Source: Auanema rhodensis
Taxonomy: Eukaryota > Animalia > Nematoda
DNA length: 64,000 bases
Assembly (NCBI GenBank): GCA_964057225.1
Contig: OZ059898.1
Coordinates: forward strand, 1,798,001-1,862,000
Direction: 5' to 3'
Below the pieces are notes generated by a model. The model was given only the letters and a program-made list of their open reading frames with translations, was not told the origin of the DNA and did not search any database. The translations under genes and the position numbers were made by a program. Position 1 is the first letter of the stretch; every line of letters starts with the position of its first letter. Of the stretch, positions 12,280 through 27,372 are shown piece after piece.

Positions 12280-15200
12280 TTGAGTGTACATGGAAACTCA
12301 ACATACACTAATGCATCATTTTTCAAACGATCATAACTAATTTTTGTATTAAGCGTTTCTCAATGTAGTATAGTGCATTCGATGCGGATTTTTAAGCTGC
12401 GTCGATCTGTGTTATCAGATTTGCGCTAGCTTAAAAATGCACCGAGATATCAACTGATATGAGTTCACACTTATATCCTCGATTTTCACCCTGAAGAATT
12501 AATTTTTTCGTTGAATAACATTGTCCATCGTCTTTGCCTTGAAAAAAGGAATCTAAAAACATCTACTTTTTGCTAAATTATTTTGAAATTTTTTGAAAAA
12601 ATTTTTGTCAAAATGTTTTTGGAAGCAATGTTGAGTGTACATGGAAACTCAACATACACTAATGCATCATTTTTCAAACGATCATAACTAATTTTTGTAT
12701 TAAGCATTTCTCAATGTAGTATAGTGCATTCGATGCGGATTTTTAAGCTGCGTCGATCTGTGTTATCAGATTTGCGCTAGCTTAAAAATGCACCGAGATA
12801 TCAACTGATATAAGTTCACACTTATATCCTCGATTTTCACCCTGAAGAATTAATTTTTTCGTTGAATAACATTGTCCATCGTCTTTGCCTTGAAAAAAGG
12901 AATCTAAAAACATCTACTTTTTGCTAAATTATTTTGAAATTTTTTGAAAAAATTTTTGTCAAAATGTTTTTGGAAGCAATGTTGAGTGTACATGGAAACT
13001 CAACATACACTAATGCATCATTTTTCAAACGATCATAACTAATTTTTGTATTAAGCGTTTCTCAATGTAGCATAGTGCATTCGATGCAGATTTTTAAGCT
13101 GCGTCGATCTGTGTTATCAGATTTGCGCTAGCTTAAAAATGCACCGAGATATCAACTGATATAAGTTCACACTTATATCCTCGATTTTCACCCTGAAGAA
13201 TTAATTTTTTCGTTGAATAACATTGTCCATCGTCTTTGCCTTGAAAAAAGGAATCTAAAAACATCTACTTTTTGCTAAATTATTTTGAAATTTTTTGAAA
13301 AAATTTTTGTCAAAATGTTTTTGGAAGCAATGTTGAGTGTACATGGAAACTCAACATACACTAATGCATCATTTTTCAAACGATCATAACTAATTTTTGT
13401 ATTAAGCGTTTCTCAATGTAGTATAGTGCATTCGATGCGGATTTTTAAGCTGCGTCGATCTGTGTTATCAGATTTGCGCTAGCTTAAAAATGCACGGAGA
13501 TATCAACTGATATAAGTTCACACTTATATCCTCGATTTTCACCCTGAAGAATTAATTTTTTTGTTGAATAACATTGTCCATCGTCTTTGCCTTGAAAAAA
13601 GGAATCTAAAAACATCTACTTTTTGCTAAATTATTTTGAAATTTTTCGAAAAAATTTTTGTCAAAATGTTTTTGGAAGCAATGTTGAGTGTACATGGAAA
13701 CTCAACATACACTAATGCATCATTTTTCAAACGATCATAACTAATTTTTGTATTAAGCGTTTCTCAATGTAGTAAAGTGCATTCGATGCGGATTTTTAAG
13801 CTGCGTCGATCTGTGTTATCAGATTTGCGCTAGCTTAAAAATGCACCGTGATATCAACTGATATAAGTTCACACTTATATCCTCGATTTTCACCCTGAAG
13901 AATTAATTTTTTCGTTGAATAACATTGTCCATCGTCTTTGCCTTGAGAAAAGGAATCTAAAAACATCTACTTTTTGCTAAATTATTTTGAAATTTTTTGA
14001 AAAAATTTTTGTCAAAATGTTTTTGGAAGCAATGTTGAGTGTACATGGAAACTCAACATACACTAATGCATCATTTTTCAAACGATCATAACTAATTTTT
14101 GTATTAAGCGTTTCTCAATGTAGTATAGTGCATTCGATGCGGATTTTTAAGCTGCGTCGATCTGTGTTATCAGATTTGCGCTAGCTTAAAAATGCACCGA
14201 GATATCAACTGATATGAGTTCACACTTATATCCTCGATTTTCACCCTGAAGAATTAATTTTTTCGTTGAATAACATTGTCCATCGTCTTTGCCTTGAAAA
14301 AAGGAATCTAAAAACATCTACTTTTTGCTAAATTATTTTGAAATTTTTTGAAAAAATTTTTGTCAAAATGTTTTTGGAAGCAATGTTGAGTGTACATGGA
14401 AACTCAACATACACTAATGCATCATTTTTCAAACGATCATAACTAATTTTTGTATTAAGCATTTCTCAATGTAGTATAGTGCATTCGATGCGGATTTTTA
14501 AGCTGCGTCGATCTGTGTTATCAGATTTGCGCTAGCTTAAAAATGCACCGAGATATCAACTGATATAAGTTCACACTTATATCCTCGATTTTCACCCTGA
14601 AGAATTAATTTTTTCGTTGAATAACATTGTCCATCGTCTTTGCCTTGAAAAAAGGAATCTAAAAACATCTACTTTTTGCTAAATTATTTTGAAATTTTTT
14701 GAAAAAATTTTTGTCAAAATGTTTTTGGAAGCAATGTTGAGTGTACATGGAAACTCAACATACACTAATGCATCATTTTTCAAACGATCATAACTAATTT
14801 TTGTATTAAGCGTTTCTCAATGTAGCATAGTGCATTCGATGCAGATTTTTAAGCTGCGTCGATCTGTGTTATCAGATTTGCGCTAGCTTAAAAATGCACC
14901 GAGATATCAACTGATATAAGTTCACACTTATATCCTCGATTTTCACCCTGAAGAATTAATTTTTTCGTTGAATAACATTGTCCATCGTCTTTGCCTTGAA
15001 AAAAGGAATCTAAAAACATCTACTTTTTGCTAAATTATTTTGAAATTTTTTGAAAAAATTTTTGTCAAAATGTTTTTGGAAGCAATGTTGAGTGTACATG
15101 GAAACTCAACATACACTAATGCATCATTTTTCAAACGATCATAACTAATTTTTGTATTAAGCGTTTCTCAATGTAGTATAGTGCATTCGATGCGGATTTT

Positions 15201-15789
15201 TAAGCTGCGTCGATCTGTGTTATCAGATTTGCGCTAGCTTAAAAATGCACGGAGATATCAACTGATATAAGTTCACACTTATATCCTCGATTTTCACCCT
15301 GAAGAATTAATTTTTTTGTTGAATAACATTGTCCATCGTCTTTGCCTTGAAAAAAGGAATCTAAAAACATCTACTTTTTGCTAAATTATTTTGAAATTTT
15401 TCGAAAAAATTTTTGTCAAAATGTTTTTGGAAGCAATGTTGAGTGTACATGGAAACTCAACATACACTAATGCATCATTTTTCAAACGATCATAACTAAT
15501 TTTTGTATTAAGCGTTTCTCAATGTAGTAAAGTGCATTCGATGCGGATTTTTAAGCTGCGTCGATCTGTGTTATCAGATTTGCGCTAGCTTAAAAATGCA
15601 CCGTGATATCAACTGATATAAGTTCACACTTATATCCTCGATTTTCACCCTGAAGAATTAATTTTTTCGTTGAATAACATTGTCCATCGTCTTTGCCTTG
15701 AAAAAAGGAATCTAAAAACATCTACTTTTTGCTAAATTATTTTGAAATTTTTCGAAAAAATTTTTGTCAAAATGTTTTTGGAAGCAATG
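12280..15789. repeat. 5-mer higher-order repeat (1755 bp) x2, M36-40 / M41-45
   Basis: Ordered variants G182; A76; C90+A107; G164+T230; A92+T166 occur twice. G264 at M35 and M40 has the same spacing. Confidence 0.88.
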
Positions 15790-18246
15790 TTGAGTGTACA
15801 TGGAAACTCAACATACACTAATGCATCATTTTTCAAACGATCATAACTAATTTTTGTATTAAGCGTTTCTCAATGTAGTATAGTGCATTCGATGCGGATT
15901 TTTAAGCTGCGTCGATCTGTGTTATCAGATTTGCGCTAGCTTAAAAATGCACCGAGATATCAACTGATATAAGTTCACACTTATATCCTCGATTTTCACC
16001 CTGAAGAATTAATGTTTTCGTTGAATAACATTGTCCATCGTCTTTGCCTTGAAAAAAGGAATCTAAAAACATCTACTTTTTGCTAAATTATTTTGAAATT
16101 TTTTGAAAAAATTTTTGTCAAAATGTTTTTGGAAGCAATGTTGAGTGTACATGGAAACTCAACATACACTAATGCATCATTTTTCAAACGATCATAACTA
16201 ATTTTTGTATTAAGCGTTTCTCAATGTAGTATAGTGCATTCGATGCGGATTTTTAAGCTGCGTCGATCTGTGTTATCAGATTTGCGCTAGCTTAAAAATG
16301 CACGGAGATATCAACTGATATAAGTTCACACTTATATCCTCGATTTTCACCCTGAAGAATTAATTTTTTTGTTGAATAACATTGTCCATCGTCTTTGCCT
16401 TGAAAAAAGGAATCTAAAAACATCTACTTTTTGCTAAATTATTTTGAAATTTTTCGAAAAAATTTTTGTCAAAATGTTTTTGGAAGCAATGTTGAGTGTA
16501 CATGGAAACTCAACATACACTAATGCATCATTTTTCAAACGATCATAACTAATTTTTGTATTAAGCGTTTCTCAATGTAGTAAAGTGCATTCGATGCGGA
16601 TTTTTAAGCTGCGTCGATCTGTGTTATCAGATTTGCGCTAGCTTAAAAATGCACCGAGATATCAACTGATATAAGTTCACACTTATATCCTCGATTTTCA
16701 CCCTGAAGAATTAATGTTTTCGTTGAATAACATTGTCCATCGTCTTTGCCTTGAAAAAAGGAATCTAAAAACATCTACTTTTTGCTAAATTATTTTGAAA
16801 TTTTTCGAAAAAATTTTTGTCAAAATGTTTTTGGAAGCAATGTTGAGTGTACATGGAAACTCAACATACACTAATGCATCATTTTTCAAACGATCATAAC
16901 TAATTTTTGTATTAAGCGTTTCTCAATGTAGTATAGTGCATTCGATGCGGATTTTTAAGCTGCGTCGATCTGTGTTATCAGATTTGCGCTAGCTTAAAAA
17001 TGCACCGAGATATCAACTGATATAAGTTCACACTTATATCCTCGATTTTCACCCTGAAGAATTAATTTTTTCGTTGAATAACATTGTCCATCGTCTTTGC
17101 CTTGAAAAAAGGAATCTAAAAACATCTACTTTTTGCTAAATTATTTTGAAATTTTCCGAAAAAATTTTTGTCAAAATGTTTTTGGAAGCAATGTTGAGTG
17201 TACATGGAAACTCAACATACACTAATGCATCATTTTTCAAACGATCATAACTAATTTTTGTATTAAGCGTTTCTCAATGTAGTATAGTGCAATCGATGCG
17301 GATTTTTAAGCTGCGTCGATCTGTGTTATCAGATTTGCGCTAGCTTAAAAATGCACCGAGATATCAACTGATATAAGTTCACACTTATATCCTCGATTTT
17401 CACCCTGAAGAATTAATTTTTTCGTTGAATAACATTGTCCATCGTCTTTGCCTTGAAAAAAGGAATCTAAAAACATCTACTTTTTGCTAAATTATTTTGA
17501 AATTTTTCGAAAAAATTTTTGTCAAAATGTTTTTGGAAGCAATGTTGAGTGTACATGGAAACTCAACATACACTAATGCATCATTTTTCAAACGATCATA
17601 ACTAATTTTTGTATTAAGCGTTTCTCAATGTAGTATAGTGCATTCGATGCGGATTTTTAAGCTGCGTCGATCTGTGTTATCAGATTTGCGCTAGCTTAAA
17701 AATGCACCGAGATATCAACTGATATAAGTTCACACTTATATCCTCGATTTTCACCCTGAAGAATTAATTTTTTCGTTGAATAACATTGTCCATCGTCTTT
17801 GCCTTGAAAAAAGGAATCTAAAAACATCTACTTTTTGCTAAATTATTTTGAAATTTTATGAAAAAATTTTTGTCAAAATGTTTTTGGAAGCAATGTTGAG
17901 TGTACATGGAAACTCAACATACACTAATGCATCATTTTTCAAACGATCATAACTAATTTTTGTATTAAGCGTTTCTCAATGTAGTATAGTGCATTCGATG
18001 CGGATTTTTAAGCTGCGTCGATCTGTGTTATCAGATTTGCGCTAGCTTAAAAATGCACCGAGATATCAACTGATATAAGTTCACACTTATATCCTCGATT
18101 TTCACCCTGAAGAATTAATTTTTTCGTTGAATAACATTGTCCATCGTCTTTGCCTTGAAAAAAGGAATCTAAAAACATCTACTTTTTGCTAAATTATTTT
18201 GAAATTTTTCGAAAAAATTTTTGTCAAAATGTTTTTGGAAGCAATG

Positions 18247-21200
18247 TTGAGTGTACATGGAAACTCAACATACACTAATGCATCATTTTTCAAACGATCA
18301 TAACTAATTTTTGTATTAAGCGTTTCTCAATGTAGTATAGTGCATTCGATGCGGATTTTTAAGCTGCGTCGATCTGTGTTATCAGATTTGCGCTAGCTTA
18401 AAAATGCACCGAGATATCAACTGATATAAGTTCACACTTATATCCTCGATTTTCACCCTGAAGAATTAATTTTTTCGTTGAATAACATTGTCCATCGTCT
18501 TTGCCTTGAAAAAAGGAATCTAAAAACATCTACTTTTTGCTAAATTATTTTGAAATTTTTCGAAAAAATTTTTGTCAAAATGTTTTTGGAAGCAATGTTG
18601 AGTGTACATGGAAACTCAACATACACTAATGCATCATTTTTCAAACGATCATAACTAATTTTTAAATTAAGCGTTTCTCAATGTAGTATAGTGCAATCGA
18701 TGCGGATTTTTAAGCTGCGTCGATCTGTGTTATCAGATTTGCGCTAGCTTAAAAATGCACCGAGATATCAACTGATATAAGTTCACACTTATATCCTCGA
18801 TTTTCACCCTGAAGAATTAATTTTTTCGTTGAATAACATTGTCCATCGTCTTTGCCTTGAAAAAAGGAATCTAAAAACATCTACTTTTTGCTAAATTATT
18901 TTGAAATTTTTCGAAAAAATTTTTGTCAAAATGTTTTTGGAAGCAATGTTGAGTGTACATGGAAACTCAACATACACTAATGCATCATTTTTCAAACGAT
19001 CATAACTAATTTTTAAATTAAGCGTTTCTCAATGTAGTATAGTGCATTCGATGCGGATTTTTAAGCTGCGTCGATCTGTGTTATCAGATTTGCGCTAGCT
19101 TAAAAATGCACCGAGATATCAACTGATATAAGTTCACACTTATATCCTCGATTTTCACCCTGAAGAATTAATTTTTTCGTTGAATAACATTGTCCATCGT
19201 CTTTGCCTTGAAAAAAGGAATCTAAAAACATCTACTTTTTGCTAAATTATTTTGAAATTTTTTGAAAAAATTTTTGTCAAAATGTTTTTGGAAGCAATGT
19301 TGAGTGTACATGGAAACTCAACATACACTAATGCATCATTTTTCAAACGATCATAACTAATTTTTGTATTAAGCGTTTCTCAATGTAGCATAGTGCATTC
19401 GATGCAGATTTTTAAGCTGCGTCGATCTGTGTTATCAGATTTGCGCTAGCTTAAAAATGCACCGAGATATCAACTGATATAAGTTCACACTTATATCCTC
19501 GATTTTCACCCTGAAGAATTAATTTTTTTGTTGAATAACATTGTCCATCGTCTTTGCCTTGAAAAAAGGAATCTAAAAACATCTACTTTTTGCTAAATTA
19601 TTTTGAAATTTTTCGAAAAAATTTTTGTCAAAATGTTTTTGGAAGCAATGTTGAGTGTACATGGAAACTCAACATACACTAATGCATCATTTTTCAAACG
19701 ATCATAACTAATTTTTGTATTAAGCGTTTCTCAATGTAGTATAGTGCATTCGATGCGGATTTTTAAGCTGCGTCGATCTGTGTTATCAGATTTGCGCTAG
19801 CTTAAAAATGCACCGAGATATCAACTGATATAAGTTCACACTTATATCCTCGATTTTCACCCTGAAGAATTAATTTTTTCGTTGAATAACATTGTCCATC
19901 GTCTTTGCCTTGAAAAAAGGAATCTAAAAACATCTACTTTTTGCTAAATTATTTTGAAATTTTTCGAAAAAATTTTTGTCAAAATGTTTTTGGAAGCAAT
20001 GTTGAGTGTACATGGAAACTCAACATACACTAATGCATCATTTTTCAAACGATCATAACTAATTTTTAAATTAAGCGTTTCTCAATGTAGTATAGTGCAA
20101 TCGATGCGGATTTTTAAGCTGCGTCGATCTGTGTTATCAGATTTGCGCTAGCTTAAAAATGCACCGAGATATCAACTGATATAAGTTCACACTTATATCC
20201 TCGATTTTCACCCTGAAGAATTAATTTTTTCGTTGAATAACATTGTCCATCGTCTTTGCCTTGAAAAAAGGAATCTAAAAACATCTACTTTTTGCTAAAT
20301 TATTTTGAAATTTTTCGAAAAAATTTTTGTCAAAATGTTTTTGGAAGCAATGTTGAGTGTACATGGAAACTCAACATACACTAATGCATCATTTTTCAAA
20401 CGATCATAACTAATTTTTAAATTAAGCGTTTCTCAATGTAGTATAGTGCATTCGATGCGGATTTTTAAGCTGCGTCGATCTGTGTTATCAGATTTGCGCT
20501 AGCTTAAAAATGCACCGAGATATCAACTGATATAAGTTCACACTTATATCCTCGATTTTCACCCTGAAGAATTAATTTTTTCGTTGAATAACATTGTCCA
20601 TCGTCTTTGCCTTGAAAAAAGGAATCTAAAAACATCTACTTTTTGCTAAATTATTTTGAAATTTTTTGAAAAAATTTTTGTCAAAATGTTTTTGGAAGCA
20701 ATGTTGAGTGTACATGGAAACTCAACATACACTAATGCATCATTTTTCAAACGATCATAACTAATTTTTGTATTAAGCGTTTCTCAATGTAGCATAGTGC
20801 ATTCGATGCAGATTTTTAAGCTGCGTCGATCTGTGTTATCAGATTTGCGCTAGCTTAAAAATGCACCGAGATATCAACTGATATAAGTTCACACTTATAT
20901 CCTCGATTTTCACCCTGAAGAATTAATTTTTTTGTTGAATAACATTGTCCATCGTCTTTGCCTTGAAAAAAGGAATCTAAAAACATCTACTTTTTGCTAA
21001 ATTATTTTGAAATTTTTCGAAAAAATTTTTGTCAAAATGTTTTTGGAAGCAATGTTGAGTGTACATGGAAACTCAACATACACTAATGCATCATTTTTCA
21101 AACGATCATAACTAATTTTTGTATTAAGCGTTTCTCAATGTAGTATAGTGCATTCGATGCGGATTTTTAAGCTGCGTCGATCTGTGTTATCAGATTTGCG

Positions 21201-21756
21201 CTAGCTTAAAAATGCACCGAGATATCAACTGATATAAGTTCACACTTATATCCTCGATTTTCACCCTGAAGAATTAATTTTTTCGTTGAATAACATTGTC
21301 CATCGTCTTTGCCTTGAAAAAAGGAATCTAAAAACATCTACTTTTTGCTAAATTATTTTGAAATTTTTTGAAAAAATTTTTGTCAAAATGTTTTTGGAAG
21401 CAATGTTGAGTGTACATGGAAACTCAACATACACTAATGCATCATTTTTCAAACGATCATAACTAATTTTTGTATTAAGCGTTTCTCAATGTAGCATAGT
21501 GCATTCGATGCAGATTTTTAAGCTGCGTCGATCTGTGTTATCAGATTTGCGCTAGCTTAAAAATGCACCGAGATATCAACTGATATAAGTTCACACTTAT
21601 ATCCTCGATTTTCACCCTGAAGAATTAATTTTTTTGTTGAATAACATTGTCCATCGTCTTTGCCTTGAAAAAAGGAATCTAAAAACATCTACTTTTTGCT
21701 AAATTATTTTGAAATTTTTCGAAAAAATTTTTGTCAAAATGTTTTTGGAAGCAATG
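18247..21756. repeat. 4-mer higher-order repeat (1404 bp) x2, M53-56 / M57-60, plus a 2-mer duplication M61-62
   Basis: consensus; AA67-68+A99; AA67-68+TT; C90+A107+T230 occur twice, followed by TT; C90+A107+T230. Confidence 0.82.
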
Positions 21757-22458
21757 TTGAGTGTACATGGAAACTCAACATACACTAATGCATCATTTTT
21801 CAAACGATCATAACTAATTTTTGTATTAAGCGTTTCTCAATGTAGTATAGTGCATTCGATGCGGATTTTTAAGCTGCGTCGATCTGTGTTATCAGATTTG
21901 CGCTAGCTTAAAAATGCACCGAGATATCAACTGATATAAGTTCACACTTATATCCTCGATTTTCACCCTGAAGAATTAATTTTTTCGTTGAATAACATTG
22001 TCCATCGTCTTTGCCTTGAAAAAAGGAATCTAAAAACATCTACTTTTTGCTAAATTATTTTGAAATTTTTCGAAAAAATTTTTGTCAAAATGTTTTTGGA
22101 AGCAATGTTGAGTGTACATGGAAACTCAACATACACTAATGCATCATTTTTCAAACGATCATAACTAATTTTTAAATTAAGCGTTTCTCAATGTAGTATA
22201 GTGCATTCGATGCGGATTTTTAAGCTGCGTCGATCTGTGTTATCAGATTTGCGCTAGCTTAAAAATGCACCGAGATATCAACTGATATAAGTTCACACTT
22301 ATATCCTCGATTTTCACCCTGAAGAATTAATTTTTTCGTTGAATAACATTGTCCATCGTCTTTGCCTTGAAAAAAGGAATCTAAAAACATCTACTTTTTG
22401 CTAAATTATTTTGAAATTTTTCGAAAAAATTTTTGTCAAAATGTTTTTGGAAGCAATG

Positions 22459-25400
22459 TTGAGTGTACATGGAAACTCAACATACACTAATGCATCATTT
22501 TTCAAACGATCATAACTAATTTTTAAATTAAGCGTTTCTCAATGTAGTATAGTGCATTCGATGCGGATTTTTAAGCTGCGTCGATCTGTGTTATCAGATT
22601 TGCGCTAGCTTAAAAATGCACCGAGATATCAACTGATATAAGTTCACACTTATATCCTCGATTTTCACCCTGAAGAATTAATTTTTTCGTTGAATAACAT
22701 TGTCCATCGTCTTTGCCTTGAAAAAAGGAATCTAAAAACATCTACTTTTTGCTAAATTATTTTGAAATTTTTCGAAAAAATTTTTGTCAAAATGTTTTTG
22801 GAAGCAATGTTGAGTGTACATGGAAACTCAACATACACTAATGCATCATTTTTCAAACGATCATAACTAATTTTTAAATTAAGCGTTTCTCAATGTAGTA
22901 TAGTGCATTCGATGCGGATTTTTAAGCTGCGTCGATCTGTGTTATCAGATTTGCGCTAGCTTAAAAATGCACCGAGATATCAACTGATATAAGTTCACAC
23001 TTATATCCTCGATTTTCACCCTGAAGAATTAATTTTTTCGTTTAATAACATTGTCCATCGTCTTTGCCTTGAAAAAAGGAATCTAAAAACATCTACTTTT
23101 TGCTAAATTATTTTGAAATTTTTCGAAAAAATTTTTGTCAAAATGTTTTTGGAAGCAATGTTGAGTGTACATGGAAACTCAACATACACTAATGCATCAT
23201 TTTTCAAACGATCATAACTAATTTTTAAATTAAGCGTTTCTCAATGTAGTATAGTGCATTCGATGCGGATTTTTAAGCTGCGTCGATCTGTGTTATCAGA
23301 TTTGCGCTAGCTTAAAAATGCACCGAGATATCAACTGATATAAGTTCACACTTATATCCTCGATTTTCACCCTGAAGAATTAATTTTTTCGTTGAATAAC
23401 ATTGTCCATCGTCTTTGCCTTGAAAAAAGGAATCTAAAAACATCTACTTTTTGCTAAATTATTTTGAAATTTTTCGAAAAAATTTTTGTCAAAATGTTTT
23501 TGGAAGCAATGTTGAGTGTACATGGAAACTCAACATACACTAATGCATCATTTTTCAAACGATCATAACTAATTTTTGTATTAAGCGTTTCTCAATGTAG
23601 TATAGTGCATTCGATGCGGATTTTTAAGCTGCGTCGATCTGTGTTATCAGATTTGCGCTAGCTTAAAAATGCACCGAGATATCAACTGATATAAGTTCAC
23701 ACTTATATCCTCGATTTTCACCCTGAAGAATTAATTTTTTCGTTGAATAACATTGTCCATCGTCTTTGCCTTGAAAAAAGGAATCTAAAAACATCTACTT
23801 TTTGCTAAATTATTTTGAAATTTTTCGAAAAAATTTTTGTCAAAATGTTTTTGGAAGCAATGTTGAGTGTACATGGAAACTCAACATACACTAATGCATC
23901 ATTTTTCAAACGATCATAACTAATTTTTGTATTAAGCGTTTCTCAATGTAGTATAGTGCATTCGATGCGGATTTTTAAGCTGCGTCGATCTGTGTTATCA
24001 GATTTGCGCTAGCTTAAAAATGCACCGAGATATCAACTGATATAAGTTCACACTTATATCCTCGATTTTCACCCTGAAGAATTAATTTTTTCGTTGAATA
24101 ACATTGTCCATCGTCTTTGCCTTGAAAAAAGGAATCTAAAAACATCTACTTTTTGCTAAATTATTTTGAAATTTTTCGAAAAAATTTTTGTCAAAATGTT
24201 TTTGGAAGCAATGTTGAGTGTACATGGAAACTCAACATACACTAATGCATCATTTTTCAAACGATCATAACTAATTTTTGTATTAAGCGTTTCTCAATGT
24301 AGTATAGTGCATTCGATGCGGATTTTTAAGCTGCGTCGATCTGTGTTATCAGATTTGCGCTAGCTTAAAAATGCACCGAGATATCAACTGATATAAGTTC
24401 ACACTTATATCCTCGATTTTCACCCTGAAGAATTAATTTTTCCGTTGAATAACATTGTCCATCGTCTTTGCCTTGAAAAAAGGAATCTAAAAACATCTAC
24501 TTTTTGCTAAATTATTTTGAAATTTTTCGAAAAAATTTTTGTCAAAATGTTTTTGGAAGCAATGTTGAGTGTACATAGAAACTCAACATACACTAATGCA
24601 TCATTTTTCAAACGATCATAACTAATTTTTGTATTAAGCGTTTCTCAATGTAGTATAGTGCATTCGATGCGGATTTTTAAGCTGCGTCGATCTGTGTTAT
24701 CAGATTTGCGCTAGCTTAAAAATGCACCGAGATATCAACTGATATAAGTTCACACTTATATCCTCGATTTTCACCCTGAAGAATTAATTTTTTCGTTGAA
24801 TAACATTGTCCATCGTCTTTGCCTTGAAAAAAGGAATCTAAAAACATCTACTTTTTGCTAAATTATTTTGAAATTTTTCGAAAAAATTTTTGTCAAAATG
24901 TTTTTGGAAGCAATGTTGAGTGTACATGGAAACTCAACATACACTAATGCATCATTTTTCAAACGATCATAACTAATTTTTAAATTAAGCGTTTCTCAAT
25001 GTAGTATAGTGCATTCGATGCGGATTTTTAAGCTGCGTCGATCTGTGTTATCAGATTTGCGCTAGCTTAAAAATGCACCGAGATATCAACTGATATAAGT
25101 TCACACTTATATCCTCGATTTTCACCCTGAAGAATTAATTTTTTCGTTGAATAACATTGTCCATCGTCTTTGCCTTGAAAAAAGGAATCTAAAAACATCT
25201 ACTTTTTGCTAAATTATTTTGAAATTTTTCGAAAAAATTTTTGTCAAAATGTTTTTGGAAGCAATGTTGAGTGTACATGGAAACTCAACATACACTAATG
25301 CATCATTTTTCAAACGATCATAACTAATTTTTAAATTAAGCGTTTCTCAATGTAGTATAGTGCATTCGATGCGGATTTTTAAGCTGCGTCGATCTGTGTT

Positions 25401-27372
25401 ATCAGATTTGCGCTAGCTTAAAAATGCACCGAGATATCAACTGATATAAGTTCACACTTATATCCTCGATTTTCACCCTGAAGAATTAATTTTTTCGTTT
25501 AATAACATTGTCCATCGTCTTTGCCTTGAAAAAAGGAATCTAAAAACATCTACTTTTTGCTAAATTATTTTGAAATTTTTCGAAAAAATTTTTGTCAAAA
25601 TGTTTTTGGAAGCAATGTTGAGTGTACATGGAAACTCAACATACACTAATGCATCATTTTTCAAACGATCATAACTAATTTTTAAATTAAGCGTTTCTCA
25701 ATGTAGTATAGTGCATTCGATGCGGATTTTTAAGCTGCGTCGATCTGTGTTATCAGATTTGCGCTAGCTTAAAAATGCACCGAGATATCAACTGATATAA
25801 GTTCACACTTATATCCTCGATTTTCACCCTGAAGAATTAATTTTTTCGTTGAATAACATTGTCCATCGTCTTTGCCTTGAAAAAAGGAATCTAAAAACAT
25901 CTACTTTTTGCTAAATTATTTTGAAATTTTTCGAAAAAATTTTTGTCAAAATGTTTTTGGAAGCAATGTTGAGTGTACATGGAAACTCAACATACACTAA
26001 TGCATCATTTTTCAAACGATCATAACTAATTTTTGTATTAAGCGTTTCTCAATGTAGTATAGTGCATTCGATGCGGATTTTTAAGCTGCGTCGATCTGTG
26101 TTATCAGATTTGCGCTAGCTTAAAAATGCACCGAGATATCAACTGATATAAGTTCACACTTATATCCTCGATTTTGACCCTGAAGAATTATTTTTTTTGT
26201 TGAATAACATTGTCCATCGTCTTTGCCTTGAAAAAAGGAATCTAAAAACATCTACTTTTTGCTAAATTATTTTGAAATTTTTCGAAAAAATTTTTGTCAA
26301 AATGTTTTTGGAAGCAATGTTGAGTGTACATGGAAACTCAACATACACTAATGCATCATTTTTCAAACGATCATAACTAATTTTTGTATTAAGCGTTTCT
26401 CAATGTAGTATAGTGCATTCGATGCGGATTTTTAAGCTGCGTCGATCTGTGTTATCAGATTTGCGCTAGCTTAAAAATGCACCGAGATATCAACTGATAT
26501 AAGTTCACACTTATATCCTCGATTTTCACCCTGAAGAATTAATTTTTTCGTTGAATAACATTGTCCATCGTCTTTGCCTTGAAAAAAGGAATCTAAAAAC
26601 ATCTACTTTTTGCTAAATTATTTTGAAATTTTTCGAAAAAATTTTTGTCAAAATGTTTTTGGAAGCAATGTTGAGTGTACATGGAAACTCAACATACACT
26701 AATGCATCATTTTTCAAACGATCATAACTAATTTTTGTATTAAGCGTTTCTCAATGTAGTATAGTGCATTCGATGCGGATTTTTAAGCTGCGTCGATCTG
26801 TGTTATCAGATTTGCGCTAGCTTAAAAATGCACCGAGATATCAACTGATATAAGTTCACACTTATATCCTCGATTTTCACCCTGAAGAATTAATTTTTCC
26901 GTTGAATAACATTGTCCATCGTCTTTGCCTTGAAAAAAGGAATCTAAAAACATCTACTTTTTGCTAAATTATTTTGAAATTTTTCGAAAAAATTTTTGTC
27001 AAAATGTTTTTGGAAGCAATGTTGAGTGTACATAGAAACTCAACATACACTAATGCATCATTTTTCAAACGATCATAACTAATTTTTGTATTAAGCGTTT
27101 CTCAATGTAGTATAGTGCATTCGATGCGGATTTTTAAGCTGCGTCGATCTGTGTTATCAGATTTGCGCTAGCTTAAAAATGCACCGAGATATCAACTGAT
27201 ATAAGTTCACACTTATATCCTCGATTTTGACCCTGAAGAATTAATTTTTTCGTTGAATAACATTGTCCATCGTCTTTGCCTTGAAAAAAGGAATCTAAAA
27301 ACATCTACTTTTTGCTAAATTATTTTGAAATTTTTCGAAAAAATTTTTGTCAAAATGTTTTTGGAAGCAATG
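22459..27372. repeat. 7-mer higher-order repeat (2457 bp) x2, M65-71 / M72-78
   Basis: AA67; AA67+T234; AA67; consensus (altered in M75); consensus; C229; A13 occur twice. Confidence 0.82.
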
